Under the pieces are notes generated by a model. The model searched no databases. It was not told the DNA's origin and saw only the letters and a program-made list of their open reading frames with translations. Shown one piece after another: positions 49,575-62,466 of a stretch of DNA of 64,000 nucleotides (positions are counted from its first letter, which is position 1; every line of letters begins with the position of its first letter). Source of the stretch: Azolla caroliniana. Taxonomy: Eukaryota > Plantae > Polypodiophyta. The translations under genes and the position numbers were made by a program. The stretch covers positions 16,616,001 through 16,680,000 of the forward strand of contig JBHGNT010000003.1 of NCBI GenBank assembly GCA_043228905.1, given 5' to 3'.

Positions 49575-49780
49575 ATACATAATAATAAGAAGAAAAATAA
49601 TAATAGTAAGTAGAGATGAGCACCACCATGAGGACTATATCTGGACTGAACTGAACTACTAAATCTGGAAGACTCTTTTTCTTCTTTCTTTCTTTGATGA
49701 AACTATTACTAATTGTTGGTCATCTTTGTTGTTGCTGCTATAGATGTTGCGATGGGCGTCGACAGTCCTAAGATGGAGCT
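49575..49780 (-). pseudogene. Fragment of a lipase gene 3' end and 3' UTR
   Basis: 49670-49775 aligns with 50729-50840 (GGGCGTCGACAGTCCT.AGAT, GGTCATCT.TG.TG.TGCTGC); 49593-49633 resembles 50482-50600. Confidence 0.7.
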
Positions 49781-50009
49781 AGAATTTATATACTCAAGTA
49801 TCTCTACTTGAACGTAGAATTTATATACTCGTGGATCTCTATTTGGACCTAGGCATTCTGCGCGATAAACACAATTACTATTTTACAAAAGTAGGAAGAA
49901 ACACAAACACTATAGATCTACTTTACATTCAAACATATAACACAATTACTATTTTACAAAATTAGGAAGAAACACAAGACCATATATCTACTTTTTTTAC
50001 ATTCAAACA

Positions 50010-50408
50010 CTGTAGCTTGGGTTCAAAGTTCAAACCACAATTTTACTCACATCTCTATTAGTCCATACATATCCTCTGCTAGCACTACATCTTGGGTTCA
50101 AACCCTAGTTTTCTCACATCTCTATTACTCCATACATATGCTCTAAACTTTAAGAGATGCCACAATGGAATGTGGTTTAACCAATCTATCTATCTCTCTC
50201 TCTCTCTCTCTTATTTTATTGTAATTAGCTTACCCTAGTGGTAAATCATTATACACTACTAGCACTAGATCTTGGGTTCGAAACCCAATTTTCTCACCTC
50301 TCTATTACATACTCCATAGATAACTCTTATTTCACTAGATGCCACTGTGGAATGTAGGAGTTGAACCCATGACCTCCTCTATCTCCATGGGGCAACCTTA
50401 TCTATATG

Positions 50409-50420
<12 letters not shown>
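50010..50420 (+). mobile_element. Cluster of tRNA-derived SINE/LTR-like repeats
   Basis: Three CTTGGGTTC(A/G)AA..TTTT.CTCAC.TCTCTATT units; A box TACCCTAGTGGTAA ~50231; inverted B box ~50352-50375. Homologous to 8455-8640. Confidence 0.65.
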
Positions 50421-50439
<19 letters not shown>

Positions 50440-50466
50440 ATGTGTGTGTGTGTGTGTGTGTTTCTC

Positions 50467-50672
50467 TCTCTTTTGTGATCACAAAAATAATAGTAAGTAC
50501 TTACTATTGCTAACTAGAGAAGAGCACTCTCTCTTTTGTGATCACAAAAATAATAGTAAGTACTTACTATTGCTAACTAGAGAAGAGCACCACCAGGAGG
50601 AATAATAGAGTAACTAGAGAAGAGCGCCACCAGGAGGAATAATAGAGTCACCACCAAGAGGAATAATGGAGT
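50467..50672. repeat. Tandem duplications in the 3' flank of lipase copy 2
   Basis: Near-exact ~62-bp duplication plus CACCACCAGGAGGAATAATAGAGT units. Confidence 0.8.
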
Positions 50673-50760
50673 AAGTAGTAGGTGTGAGAGAAAGGCTATA
50701 GAAATGGAAGAGCTACTTACTATATGGAAGACTCTTTGTTTTTTTTATTATTACCATTAA

Positions 50761-51941
50761 TTAAACTATGACTAGCTGTGGGTCATCTCTGCTGCTGCTG
50801 CTGCTGCAGAGACTGCGACGGGCGTCGACAGTCCTGAGATCGGGGAGATGGAGGTCGCACCATTGCAGCAGCTTGTGAGGCTTGAGGAGGTGGTGGTAAG
50901 GGGAGGCGGCGTGAGGGTTGTGTATGAAGAGCTGCGCTCGAGGGATGAACAGGCGGTGGGGCTGCAGATCTAGCCCCAGCTTCCTCTGAATGCTCTTCCC
51001 TATCGATGGCGGCGCCGCCACCGCTTCCCGCAGCCTGGCCGGCAGAGAGTGCTCCGCTTCGTAGAATCCGATGTACGCAGAAGACACAGGATCCTGGGAG
51101 TTTACGTACAGCCTGGGCCGCCATGCCCTCCCTTCTCCTTCTCCCTGCTCCAACTTCAAACTCAACCTCTTCCTCTCTTTCTCCTCCTCCTCCTCCTCCT
51201 CCGCCGTAGCCGCCGCCGCCGGCGGGTGTGGTGGATTGAAGAGATGTGCCTCTATCGGCTTCCCCTTCTCCGCCATGGCCCGCCCTACCATCAACGCCAG
51301 CGCCGCCCCTTTGGAGTGCCCCGCCACACACACCCTCTCCCATCCCACCTCTTCCACCGCCCTCTCCACCGCCTCCAGCGCCACCGGGAGCCATGGATCT
51401 GACTCCAACCTCCCCACATACATCCTCAGTTCCGCCTTCAGATCCGCCTTCCGCATCATCGTGCCCCGGAACGCGATCACCACCGCCGGCGCCCCGTTGG
51501 CCACATAGGCTAGCCTGCTCCTGTACACCGCCCCGAACACCGCACTGCTGCGGGTCTCGGGCGGGTCGGACAGCTCCTTAACCAGCTCATACTGGAAATG
51601 TGTCCACCATATGGAAGTCCCCGCGGTGTCCGCGTGAGACCGGAAGAGCTTCCGGATGCCGTGCTTTCGGTCCTTCTCGACCCTGTACACACCTGTCACC
51701 AAGCACGCGATGGCCGCTCGACGGTGAGGTTTTTCTGGATCCCTAATCGTCAATAATCAACAACAACATGTATGAGGCAGAGAGTGGTTAACACTAAAAT
51801 CACAATCCATTGAATTACGTAATTTTGAGCAAAGAATGTATACATGTATAGTTAATCACCAACTGACCACATCTGGGGGTTGCTATAATCAGTGGTTGAG
51901 ATGCCCTTGAGCTTGTCAAAGCCTTTCCTACCCTTCCCCAT
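50761..51941 (-). CDS. Class-3 lipase-like hydrolase, copy 2; complement join(50761..51742,51868..51941), 351 aa
   Basis: 74-nt exon 1 MGKGRKGFDKLKGISTTDYSNPQM(W); GT-AG intron 51743-51867; AFRGT, AGHSKG, HLFNPP, LYVNSQDP, PHKLLQW motifs. Confidence 0.9.
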
Positions 51942-52985
51942 GAGCCAGGTTTTGAGGAGGAGCCGAAACACACTTGGGCACCAGAAACCCGGAGATGAAC
52001 CTACAATTTGATGATTGGAATCCTGCGTGTTATGTGTAAGCCTTGCTTGGACGCCCTTTAATGACTCCTGGTCAGATCTTGACAGTACACTCCAAAATAG
52101 GATTGCTAATGTGGACGATCGCAGATCAGATCTTAAGCTTTGGTAAATAAGCCCATCATTTTTCATTACATATATGGAAAGTCTAGAAAAGTGGAATCTA
52201 TTTACATGATTATTGTATAGTATAGAGAGACTGGAATTAATAATTGTAATGCATGTGAAAAAGAAATTGATGAACAGACTATTGTCTACCATTCGTTCAT
52301 AGTTTTGGAGGTCAGGATTCCATCCTTAATGAAAGTCCACATTTTCAACAATTGTTATAAGATGTGGGGTAGCTTCTATCGGAGATATATATACATATGT
52401 TATATATATATATATATATACATATATATGCAGACATAGAGGCAGAATATCACAATCCTCTCCTCCCTTTTGTGTATATGCATGGGGGTAATATGTGTCA
52501 TACCGACCAGATCAAAACTTTTAGCTTCACTTTTATGCATAGAGAATGCCAAGCACAGTGAAATCACACAGTTTTGTATGACTAGTCCTTTGCCACAATA
52601 TAGTCTTCACATATATCCTCTCTGATTTTGATTTACTTGCTTAGTTGCACCAAAAAGTCAGCTTTCACAACAAAAGTCGATTGCGATAAAATATCAAAAC
52701 TAACCTACATATACGACGATAATGGCATCCTTGTCAAACGATGGACTAACCTATGCACATAAGTATGTATTTCATAAAACCTACAACTTCACAAAAGAGG
52801 GAAAGTGACCATGAAACATGAAAAATAATCTAAATAATCACTCTCAATATATTTTATAATATCACTTAATAATAAAGTGCAAGCATTCATCAACTTTAAT
52901 TGCACTTCCCTTTTGTTACTTTATGACCTAAGTTCTAACCAAGATAATGTGTGGAATAATATTATGCAAATGATCGTCAACATAA

Positions 52986-53150
52986 TTCATCTCGAGCATA
53001 CATATTTGATGTATACATGTACAACTAAATATATGTGATTTATTATTATGGGTATGTGTGTGGATGGCATTCATCTCGAGCATACATATTTGATGTATGT
53101 ATACATGTACAACTAAATATATGTAATGTATTATTATGGGTATGTGTGTA
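52986..53150. repeat. ~83-bp tandem duplication upstream of lipase copy 2
   Basis: ATTCATCTCGAGCATACATATTTGATGTAT..GGGTATGTGTGT present twice. Confidence 0.85.
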
Positions 53151-54399
53151 GATTGCCATCCACGGATTTTTATCGTTATTATTTATATTGATAGGTGTTG
53201 TTTAATTGACTTCTTCTCTCTCTCTCTCAACACGTACAAACATTTTGGTCTTGGACTTTTCTCTCCTGCTATAAACAAAACTCGAAAAGAGTGAAATAAT
53301 CTAATTTGGTTGGGCCATAAACATCAGGAAGTGTAATCAAACATGAGAAAAAGATCACCTAGAGCTATCAACTGATGTTATATAGTATTTGGTCATAGAA
53401 TGAACAATGTTATAGATGTTATACATAACCCAATGTACGAGATGACTGGTGAATAATTGAACGCATATAAGACAAAAGGAGACATGAGGCTTAATTAGTT
53501 AGAACCCAAGACACCCTTTATATTCAGCCTTAGGTAAGTGCCCCCTTTATATTCAGCCAAGTATGCAAAAGGAAGACAAACAATTTGTGCCACCCTGCCA
53601 CTCTTATGCAAAACACGCCGCCTACTAACTTTGTCCATGCATACACACTTACAACATGTTAGTAACCATAGATTGACCCATGCATGATATTCGTGGTATT
53701 CGACATCCGTAATATTCGAGAATAAAAAAATGACCCCAAGAATATTACAAAACCATTTATTTATTTATTTGTTATTTATTATTTAAAGAAACAAATATTT
53801 TTACATCTATTGTATAAAAATATAATTAGTCTGAGGTCCCCTTATTAATGTCAGATAAAAATATTAAATTTGGTGCGAGAAAGAAAGAAAGATATATTAA
53901 CGTCTTTTAAGGCCAAAATTTGGCCCATGAGACAACTGTTGTACAATAAAATAGGGTGTCTACACAATCATCGAAATACAAATAAAAATAAAAATAGAAC
54001 TTAAACTAAAAGAGTTCTACTATTTGTACAAAACATGTTATGGTGTAACATATTCGATAAAGGAAATGACTTTGTACTAGGCCTAGTTTCATTTCCATCC
54101 AAGCCTCTCGAAAAGAAATGGGAGGTCAAAGGGTTTTAGTGTGGGTGTGACCTGTGGTCCCGATGTAGACGGTACCCCAACCATGGCTTCCCGGCAGTGT
54201 AGCTCACGTTCCCTTATTTTCTTAATTGCTTCTGCACCACATCGAGTTGCTTTGAAACCCGGCATTCGAGGGCGTTTGGTTCTTCTTTGGTTTTATGCTT
54301 CATCAAGGAAGAGGTCGAGTGGTGCAGGTGTATCCACATTCGTTGTCTCCCCTTGTCCCTGAAAAACTTCATCTGTTACATGTTGGTGAATATTAGAAA

Positions 54400-54778
54400 C
54401 GTTATTGTCAACATTTTGTAGTATATTCTCTCTATATTGTTTTAGCTCTAAGATATATCTACCTAATTCCTTTATATCTAGAGTATCTAATAGTTTGGGG
54501 AGGTTGGGGGAGGTACCAAGTATGTCTCGGTATTTTGCCCTTATCTCGGTGTAAGTTGGACACTTGCATGTAAAGTGGTACTCATCCTCTATTTCTATGT
54601 GACATACTCTACATATCCTTTCCTCTCTAGGGACTCCATTACTACGACCATTCTCAATCTCAAGTTGGTGAGATCATATTCTAAGTTGTCCAATGGAAAC
54701 CCTTAGTGCATTTGGTAAGAATGCATCTAGATATTTTGGTTGTGTAATAAAACCTAACTTAGAGAAGTGCATGAAGTG
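54400..54778 (-). mobile_element. Old RTEX-like LINE 3' fragment
   Basis: Minus strand reads QLRI*SHQLEIENGR..REERICRVCHIEIEDEYHFTCKCPTYTEIR, the same domain type as the LINE at 2666; cut by copia I. Confidence 0.8.
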
Positions 54779-55759
54779 TATTGAGCAAGCAAGCTCAACA
54801 AGATCCAGATCGGCGGAATAAGCCAAGAGCCAAATCTTTGTGTGTGTATCCTTGTAGCTTCCATTAAACCTACACATATTATCTGTTGATATTCGGTGAA
54901 GTCGGTTTTGTCTACAAGCTTCCGCACGTAACTCTTCTCATGGTATTAGAGCACGAGGATTGAAAATCCTTAGTTGACGACAAAAAGCGCTAACTAGACA
55001 AGAAAACCTAACTTCCGGAAAAGAACAAGCCGAAGAAAGAATTGACAGAGGTATGGCTAGCTCGTTACCAATGTAGAAGCTCGATAGAAATAACTACACA
55101 TCTTGGTCATACACGACGCACCAGTACCTACTCGGACACGGATATTGGAGCTATGTCGAGGGAGCGAATGAAGTAGCGCCGGAGCCGGCACACAAGGACT
55201 TCCCGACGTGGGAGCAAGGAGCGAGCAGAGTATTATACTGCCTTGCGTCCTGTGTGCACGATCAAATGCTCGGCTACATCAAGCATGCAAAATAAAGGAG
55301 ACCTACGATGCGTTGGGGTCCATCAACGTGATAGTGGACGAAGACGAGATGGTCCAGATCTGCCTCGGTGGTTTAGGGCAAAGGTACAGGCCTATCCGTA
55401 TGACAATTTGCATCCAGGAGAAGCTACCATCCTTCTTCGACTTGCAATCGATGTTAATGGTTGGACAACCGTATGTTGTACATGGAGGCGGATCATCCCT
55501 GTGGGCGTGGAGGACGAGGTGGATTGACACGCAACAGTGGTGGCCGACAAAAGCAGAATCGGAGGCATGGAGATAGTGTCGACCATAGTTTCGGACCCTC
55601 ACAAGCAGGGGGAGTCAAGGCGATGCCGAGAACTAGCAATCGAAAACCGAAACGGAATGTTGGTGTTGTGGCAAGAAAGGCCACCGAGAGAGCGAGTTCT
55701 AGAAGAAGTGCACCGATTCGGACAAATCCAGATTTGGCAAGGCCAGACAAGGGAGTCAG

Positions 55760-56289
55760 TGTGCAGAAAATAGCACTCGGCCACAACCGAGTCTTAAACA
55801 ACGAATGGAAGAAAAGCAAACTAGCAACTAAAAGACACAGGATGTTTACGTGGAAAACCCTAAATGGTAAAAACCACGAAGTCCACAGACTCTAACTATC
55901 ACTATAAGGGGAGGAATACAATGTGAGACTCAGAGGTAGCGAGCTCTATGTCTTCGCCAACCGGCGGTTACTACAGAAAACTCGTTTTGTGTCTCTCTCT
56001 ATCTCTCACTCTCTCTGTGTACACACTCTGTGTAGTTTCCCTAAGTCATATTTATACTTATATGACATTTGGGCGCTATTTACAAATATAGCCTCGATGG
56101 GCTCACCATGAAATATATTTACACATATGTCCTTGGATCCGGTTTGCACCGGATCCATCCGGAATCACTCAATCCGGTTTCTGGGTCTCATTCGGAACCC
56201 TTCCAGATCTGGTTCCTTCATCTGGCTCGTTTGATCTGGCTCCTCCAGTTCTCATTCGGATCCCATCCGGAGGGACCGAATTCCCAATA
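55760..56289 (-). mobile_element. Solo LTR J (F-related)
   Basis: TG..TA (decayed CA) ends; TSD GTCAG/GTCGG; shares GTTTACGTGGAAAACCC and CCATCCGGAGGGACC with the F LTR. Confidence 0.9.
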
Positions 56290-56743
56290 GTCGGCAACGC
56301 TTGCACTACGCCGAAGGATCAGAAGGATCTAAAACAAGAAAGATCGGAAATGGATCAGGCCCAACCTTTGTGATGAAGCACAGGGTGAACTGGATGAAGA
56401 AGACCACCTCCAAGACGGAAGAAGTGTGGTATGTTGACTTTGGGGCATCGAACCATATGATGAGCCATGAAGAGTGGTTCTCATATTTGAAGAAACTAGA
56501 GCAACCAACTCATGAACGTATTGCATGTCCTAAAAATCACAAAGAACCGACAAATTGTCGATCATGGGATGTAAGTTCAATTCACGCATCTCGGGTGCTT
56601 CATCGAAGAAGAGGGCCAGATCATCGCACAAGGGCGACGGGATGGGAGGATGTTTATCCTTGACACCAACAACGTCGACACCGCTTTATTCACAAATAGA
56701 CAAAAGGTCGAGTCGGATATCGACTTATGGCACAAGTGAATAG

Positions 56744-59700
56744 TGTAAAGAAATGCATGGAATATCGCTCGGCCACAACCGAGTAGTAAAACACTTCTAT
56801 AAGAATCAAAACACACAGAAATGGGGAGTGGAGAGTACACAAGAAAATAACACAGGATGTTTACGTGGAAAACCCTAATAGGGAAAAACCACGGGAGCCC
56901 ACGGACTCCGAACTATCATTATGAAGAGAAGGGGTACAATCAGGGCCTCGGAGACAACGACCTTGAGCTTTGTTTCTTCGTACAGTGGCGGTTACAACAG
57001 AGTATAGCTTTGAATCTCTCTCTCTCTCCCTCTCACTCTGTCGCTCTCTCTATACAACGAGTACAACAACAATAACAACCATACATATCTTAAAGTGTTT
57101 GCCTTAGGTCATATTTATACTAATATGACTTTAGGACTATTTACAAATATAACCCCAATGGGCTCTCAGAAACATATTTACATATGTGTCCCTTCATCCG
57201 GTGAGGGGTCCTCACCGAGCCTGCATCATCCGGTTCTCACCGGGCCTTCCTTGCCGGGTAATCATCATATCCCATCCGGAGGGACGGAAATCCTAACAAA
57301 CTCCCCCTTCACTCCGGCATGGGATGCCTCGTCAATCCAATCCGCTTTCGGCATGCGTCCAGCTTGTCGGGTGTCAGCACTTTGGTCAGCATATCCAACC
57401 CATTCTCCTCTGTGTGGATCTTCGTAAGCACGAACTCTTGACCTTCAACTCGCTCCTGGATCCAGTGGTACCTACGTTGAATGTGCTTCATCCTGGAATG
57501 ATACACCGCATTCTTCGCAAGGTGGATGACACTTTGACTGTCACAATAGAGCTGGTATTCCTCTTGCCGGATCCCTAGCTCTCCGATGAAGTCCTTCATC
57601 CATAATATTTCCTTGCCGGCTTCCATGGCTGCCATGTAATCCACCTCCGTGGTTGACAACGCAACCGTCTTCTGCAGCCTCGACTGCAACGAGACAGCTC
57701 CCCTTGCATATGTCATGACATATCTGAATGTTGACCGGCTGGTATCCGCATCAGCCGACATATCCGAATCAGTGAAATCGTCAAGTTGGGGTTTACCGGA
57801 GCCGAATCGGAGGCACATACTTGAGGTGCCTTTCAAGTACCGGAGTATCCACTTCACTGCGTTCTAGTGCTCTCTGTCAGGATTGCTCATGAACCGGCTC
57901 ACCACTCCGATTGCGTATCCGATATCCGGTCGGGTACACACAATTGTGTACGTTAAGCTCCCGACAACAGAGGCATATGGAATCTTCATCATATCCGCCT
58001 TCTCTGCTTTTGTCTTCGGGCTTTGCTTACCGGATAGTCTACAGCTTGTCGGGAGTGTCAACCCGACTGGTTTCACATCAGATATGTTAAACCGCTGAAG
58101 CACCTTTGTCACGTACTTTTCCTGTGACAGCCATAATTGCTTCTTTGACTGGTTCCTGATTATGTGAATCCCCAGTATCTGTCTTGCCGAACCCAAATCT
58201 TTCATTGAGAAGGTCTGGTTGAGGGCCTTCTTCAACATCCATATCTTGACTTGGTCTCGTCCGACGATCAACATGTCGTCCAAATACATGAGCAATATCT
58301 GGAAATCTCCTCCATCAAATTTCTTCACAAACATGCAGTGATCCGCCTACGTCTTGTGCTACCCTTGATTGGTCATGAAGGAGTAAAACTTTCGGTACCA
58401 TTGCCGGGGAGCTTGCTTCAGTCCGTATAAGCTCTTCTTGAGCCGGCACACCAGGTGCTCCTTCCCTTTCTTCTCAAATCCTTCCGGTTGATGCATGTAG
58501 ATCTCTTCTTCGAGGTCTCCGTGTAGGAATGTCGTCTTGACGTCCAACTGCTCTACCTCAAGGTCCATGCTTGCCACTATGCCCAAGACTGTTTGGATGG
58601 ATGTCATCTTTACTACCGGGGCAAAAATCTCATTGAAGTCCACTCCTTTCTTCTTCTGGAAGCCCTTCACCACTATTCAAGCCTTATCCCTTGGTGGATT
58701 TCCGGCGTCTCCCGGTTTCAGCTTGTACACCCACTTGTTCCGGAGTGCCCTCTTTCCTTTCGGCAACTCCACCAATTCATGTGTGGTTCTCATGGAGGGA
58801 ATCCATCTCATCCTGCATGGCACTCAACCACTTGCGGCTCTGGGTGTGTCCCCTTGTTTCTTCAAAGCTTTCTGGCTCCCCCTCATCGATTAGCAACACA
58901 TGCTCTGCATCTGGAAATCTTCAGGGGGCTCTTCTCTCCCAGAGAGGATATCTCCATCCTTGGTTTCTGACTGCCGGTTCCTCCATTTGTTCCGAATCTG
59001 AATCCAATTCGGGGTCTTGTCCGGTTCAAGTGTCTTCTTCTTCTTCTTCTTCGGTCGGTTCGGTTTCCTATCCGTATCTGGCCGGTTCGTCGAGTGTCAT
59101 CCGGTTACCGGCTAACATCCGGTTTTCAACCGGTTATATCCTTTTGTCCTCAAACCGGGTTTCAATGGATGATCCGGAGATTGTTACCTTCTTTTCTGAC
59201 TCCCAGTTGGCAATGGTCCTGTCTTCCATGAAGACTATGTCCCGACTCCGGAACACCTTTCTGTCGACCAAATCCCACACTCGGTAACAGAACTCATCAT
59301 CGTCGTATCAAGGAATAGGCATGGCCAGGATTTCAGATCCAACTTTGCTCTATTATCCTTCGTCACATGCAGTATGCGAGACACCCGAACACCTTCAGAT
59401 GACGGTAAGACACATCCTTACCGGTCCATACTTTCTGAGGTGAGTCCCCTCCGAAGGGTACTGAGGGTGATCTGTTTATCATGTAGGTCGTCGTTGTCAG
59501 CGCCTCAGCCCAAAACATCTTGGGTAACTTGGCATGTGCGAGCATGCTCAGGACTCTCACCATTATGGTTCGGTTCATCCTTTCGGCTAGCCTGTTTAGT
59601 TCCGGCGTCTTCGGCACAATAAACTCGAGCTGGATTCCCTTCAACCGGCAGTACTCCTCGAACTGCCCCCGGTATTCTCCTCCGTTATCTGCTCGAACCG

Positions 59701-61979
59701 CCTTCAACTTCTGGCCGATTTCTCTTTGCACTCTCGCATGGAGCTCCTTGAAGACGAATAACACTTAGTCCTTCGTCTTCAATGGTGAGACCCACAACTT
59801 CTAGCAGTGGTCGTCTATGAACGTTACGAAGTACTGCGATCCAGCATGTGACTTCGTGTCGACTTGACACACATCAGTATGCACCAACTCCAGTGGTGCA
59901 TTCTGTCTCATTGGTGGTCTTGACCGGAAGGAGGTGCAATTTTGCTTGTCAGTGCACTTCTCAAGTTGCACGTCCTTCACCAGAATGAGGTTTTCTTCGG
60001 CAAGCCTCTTCATCCCCTTCTCGCTCATGTGACACTGTCTCTTGTGCCACAGCTCACCGGCAGTGTTGGATGCTACGTTCACTTCTTCCTGGCATATCTA
60101 GGCATGCATCAAGTACAGTGTGTTGACCTTTCGGGATCGAGCCACTATTAAGCTCCCTTTGCAGAACTTCATGACACCGTTCCAGATGCTACCTATGTAG
60201 CCTTCATCATCTAGTCGACCGACTGATATCAGGTTCAGTCGAACCTCCGAAACATGTCGGACATCCTTCAGCAACAACTTGCATCCGGTTGATGTCGTCA
60301 ACAACACATCTCCTATGCCGATGATTCAGCATGTCCCTTCATTCCCCATCCGGACACAGTCGTGCTCACCGGCTGTGTAGGATGAGAAGCATTTCCGGTC
60401 CGGGGTAAGGTGGAACGACACTTCGGAATCAACAACCCACGTCGTCTCGTTGTTGGCAAGGTTCATCTCACTCTCCTTGGTGATGGGCATTAGTTCTTCT
60501 TCACTTGCCACAATCGCCGTCGTTCCCTTCCGGTTCGGGCCTCGCTGATCTTAACTGTTTCGATCCGGTGACTTCTTCGAATCGGTAGTGTCGGTTCCCT
60601 TGTCTTTCTGGAAATTCCGACAGTTCTTCTGGAAGTGCCCCGGCTTGCTGCAATAGAAGCAAGTGGGCCTCCTCCTTGACTTTGACCATGTCCCCGACTT
60701 TTCCCTGTTCTAGGGACTCCGATTCCTTTGTCTTCCGCATTCCGATTCGGTAAGAAGGGCTTTGGCGTCGGAGATCACCTCCTTGTCTTTCCGACGTGCC
60801 TCCTCATCTAGCAAGCTCGAATTGACTCTTGCTAGGGATAGTTGTTTTCCTTTTGGCCCAACGTTGCCCAACATGACAACTAACGTCTCCCAGTTATTCG
60901 GGAGGGAACCGAGCAGGAGTAGAGCAAGTACCTCATCAGCGAGAGGTACTTCCAACGAGGTTGCTTGGTGTATCAGCCCCTGGAAGGCATTCATGTGCTC
61001 TGCCATACTGGAGTCGTCTTGGTATCGGAGCCTCACTAGCTTCCTAAATACAGAAACCCAATTAACGGCATTCTTGTTCTGGAACATGATGCCAATCTTC
61101 TCCCAGAGTTCATGAGCCTTGCTCTCTTCATTGAAGTTGTTGTACAAGCTCATGTCGATGAAACACCAGATGTATGCCGTCGTCTTCATGTGCATCACCT
61201 CCCACACCGTGGCGTCGATCTTATCCGGTCTCTTGTCCCTGAACTGAACCGGCAACCAAAGATCTTTAACCACTAGCATGTCCCTCATCTTCAACTTCCA
61301 CACTGAGTAGTTGGAGCCGGTGAGCTTGAACATGCCGCAGTAAGATTCTTCCATTTCCTATGTTGTTCGGACTGATACCAATTTGTAAAGAAATGTGCGG
61401 ACTATCGCTCGGCCACAACCGAGTAGTAAAACACTTCTATAAGAATCAAAACACACAAAAATGGGGAGTGGAGAGTACACAAGAAAATAACACAGGATGT
61501 TTATGTGGAAAACCCTAATAGGGAAAAACCACGAGAGCCCACAGACTCCAAACTATCACACTATGAAGAGAAGGGGAATAATCAAGGCCTCGGAGGCAAT
61601 GACCTCGAGCTTTGTTTCTTCGTACAGTGGCGGTTACAACAGAGTATAGCTCTGTGTGTGTCTCTCTCTCCCTCTCACTCAGTTGCTCTCTCTATACAAC
61701 GAGTACAACAACAATAACAACCATACATATCTTAAAGTGTTTGCCCTAGGTCATATTTATACTAATATGACTTTAGGACTATTTACAAATATAACCCCAA
61801 TGGGCTCTCAAAAACATATTTACATATGTGTCCCTTCATCTGGTGAGGGGTCCTCACCGGGCCTGCATCATCCGGTTCTCACAAGGTCTTCCTTGTCAAG
61901 TACTCATCATCCGGTTCTCACCGGGCCTTCCTTGCCGAGCACTCATCATATCCCATCCGGAGGGACCGAAATCCTAACA
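56744..61979 (-). mobile_element. Full-length degenerate copia G (F family)
   Basis: LTRs 56744-57298 and 61384-61979; perfect TSD AATAG; PBS ~61371-61380; PPT ~57299-57310; gag-PR-INT-RT-RH fragments 57309-61354. Confidence 0.96.
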
Positions 61980-62466
61980 AATAGAACACATCAATTATTG
62001 GAGGTTTCAAGATCTACAATCAAAACATGTGGTTTTCGGATTGCTGAAATTTAGTGGCCGGAAAGCTCAAATTTGTGAAGCTTGCCAGCTAGAGAAGCAA
62101 CACCGACTTCCATTCCCCAACGAGTGAAACCGTAGCGGGAATAAGCTTGACCTAATACATTCAGATGTATGGGGACTGACACTAAATGTTAATATTGGCG
62201 GGAGTCGATATTTTGTCTCCTTCATCGACGACTACAGTTGGCATATGTGGATCTATCTCATTTAGAAGAAAAGTGAGGTCTTCAACTATTTCCAGAACCT
62301 GCAAAGTCTTGTCGAACGGGAAATGGAAAGGAAGATCAAGTGCCTGCGGTCGAATGGCTGAAAACAATACTTTTACGGCCAATTCAACAGTTATCTACAA
62401 CAGAAGGGAATTCAAAGAGAATTCAGTTGGTCTATTGGTCTATTGGCATGCTAAGCTAACACAAGC

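Larger units (their letters stand above)
54779..62430 (+). mobile_element. Degenerate copia I (E family) hosting J and G
   Basis: Internally deleted LTR 54779-54940; PBS 54941; gag (NYTSWSY..YLLGHGYWSY); WYVDFGASNHM; LWHK*I|EHINY; integrase to ~62430. Confidence 0.87.

Noticed and set aside
50783-51581. Gly/Pro-rich overlapping ORFs
   Set aside because: Alternative-frame shadows of the GC-rich lipase exon.
51852-52292. 146-aa ORF as a separate gene or N-terminal extension
   Set aside because: Only its last ~25 codons match exon 1 of the lipase; the upstream part is probably UTR or promoter. An upstream start is not excluded.
53640-54400. Possible DNA transposon or Helitron end
   Set aside because: No TIR pair, TSD or convincing hairpin-CTRR terminus could be identified.
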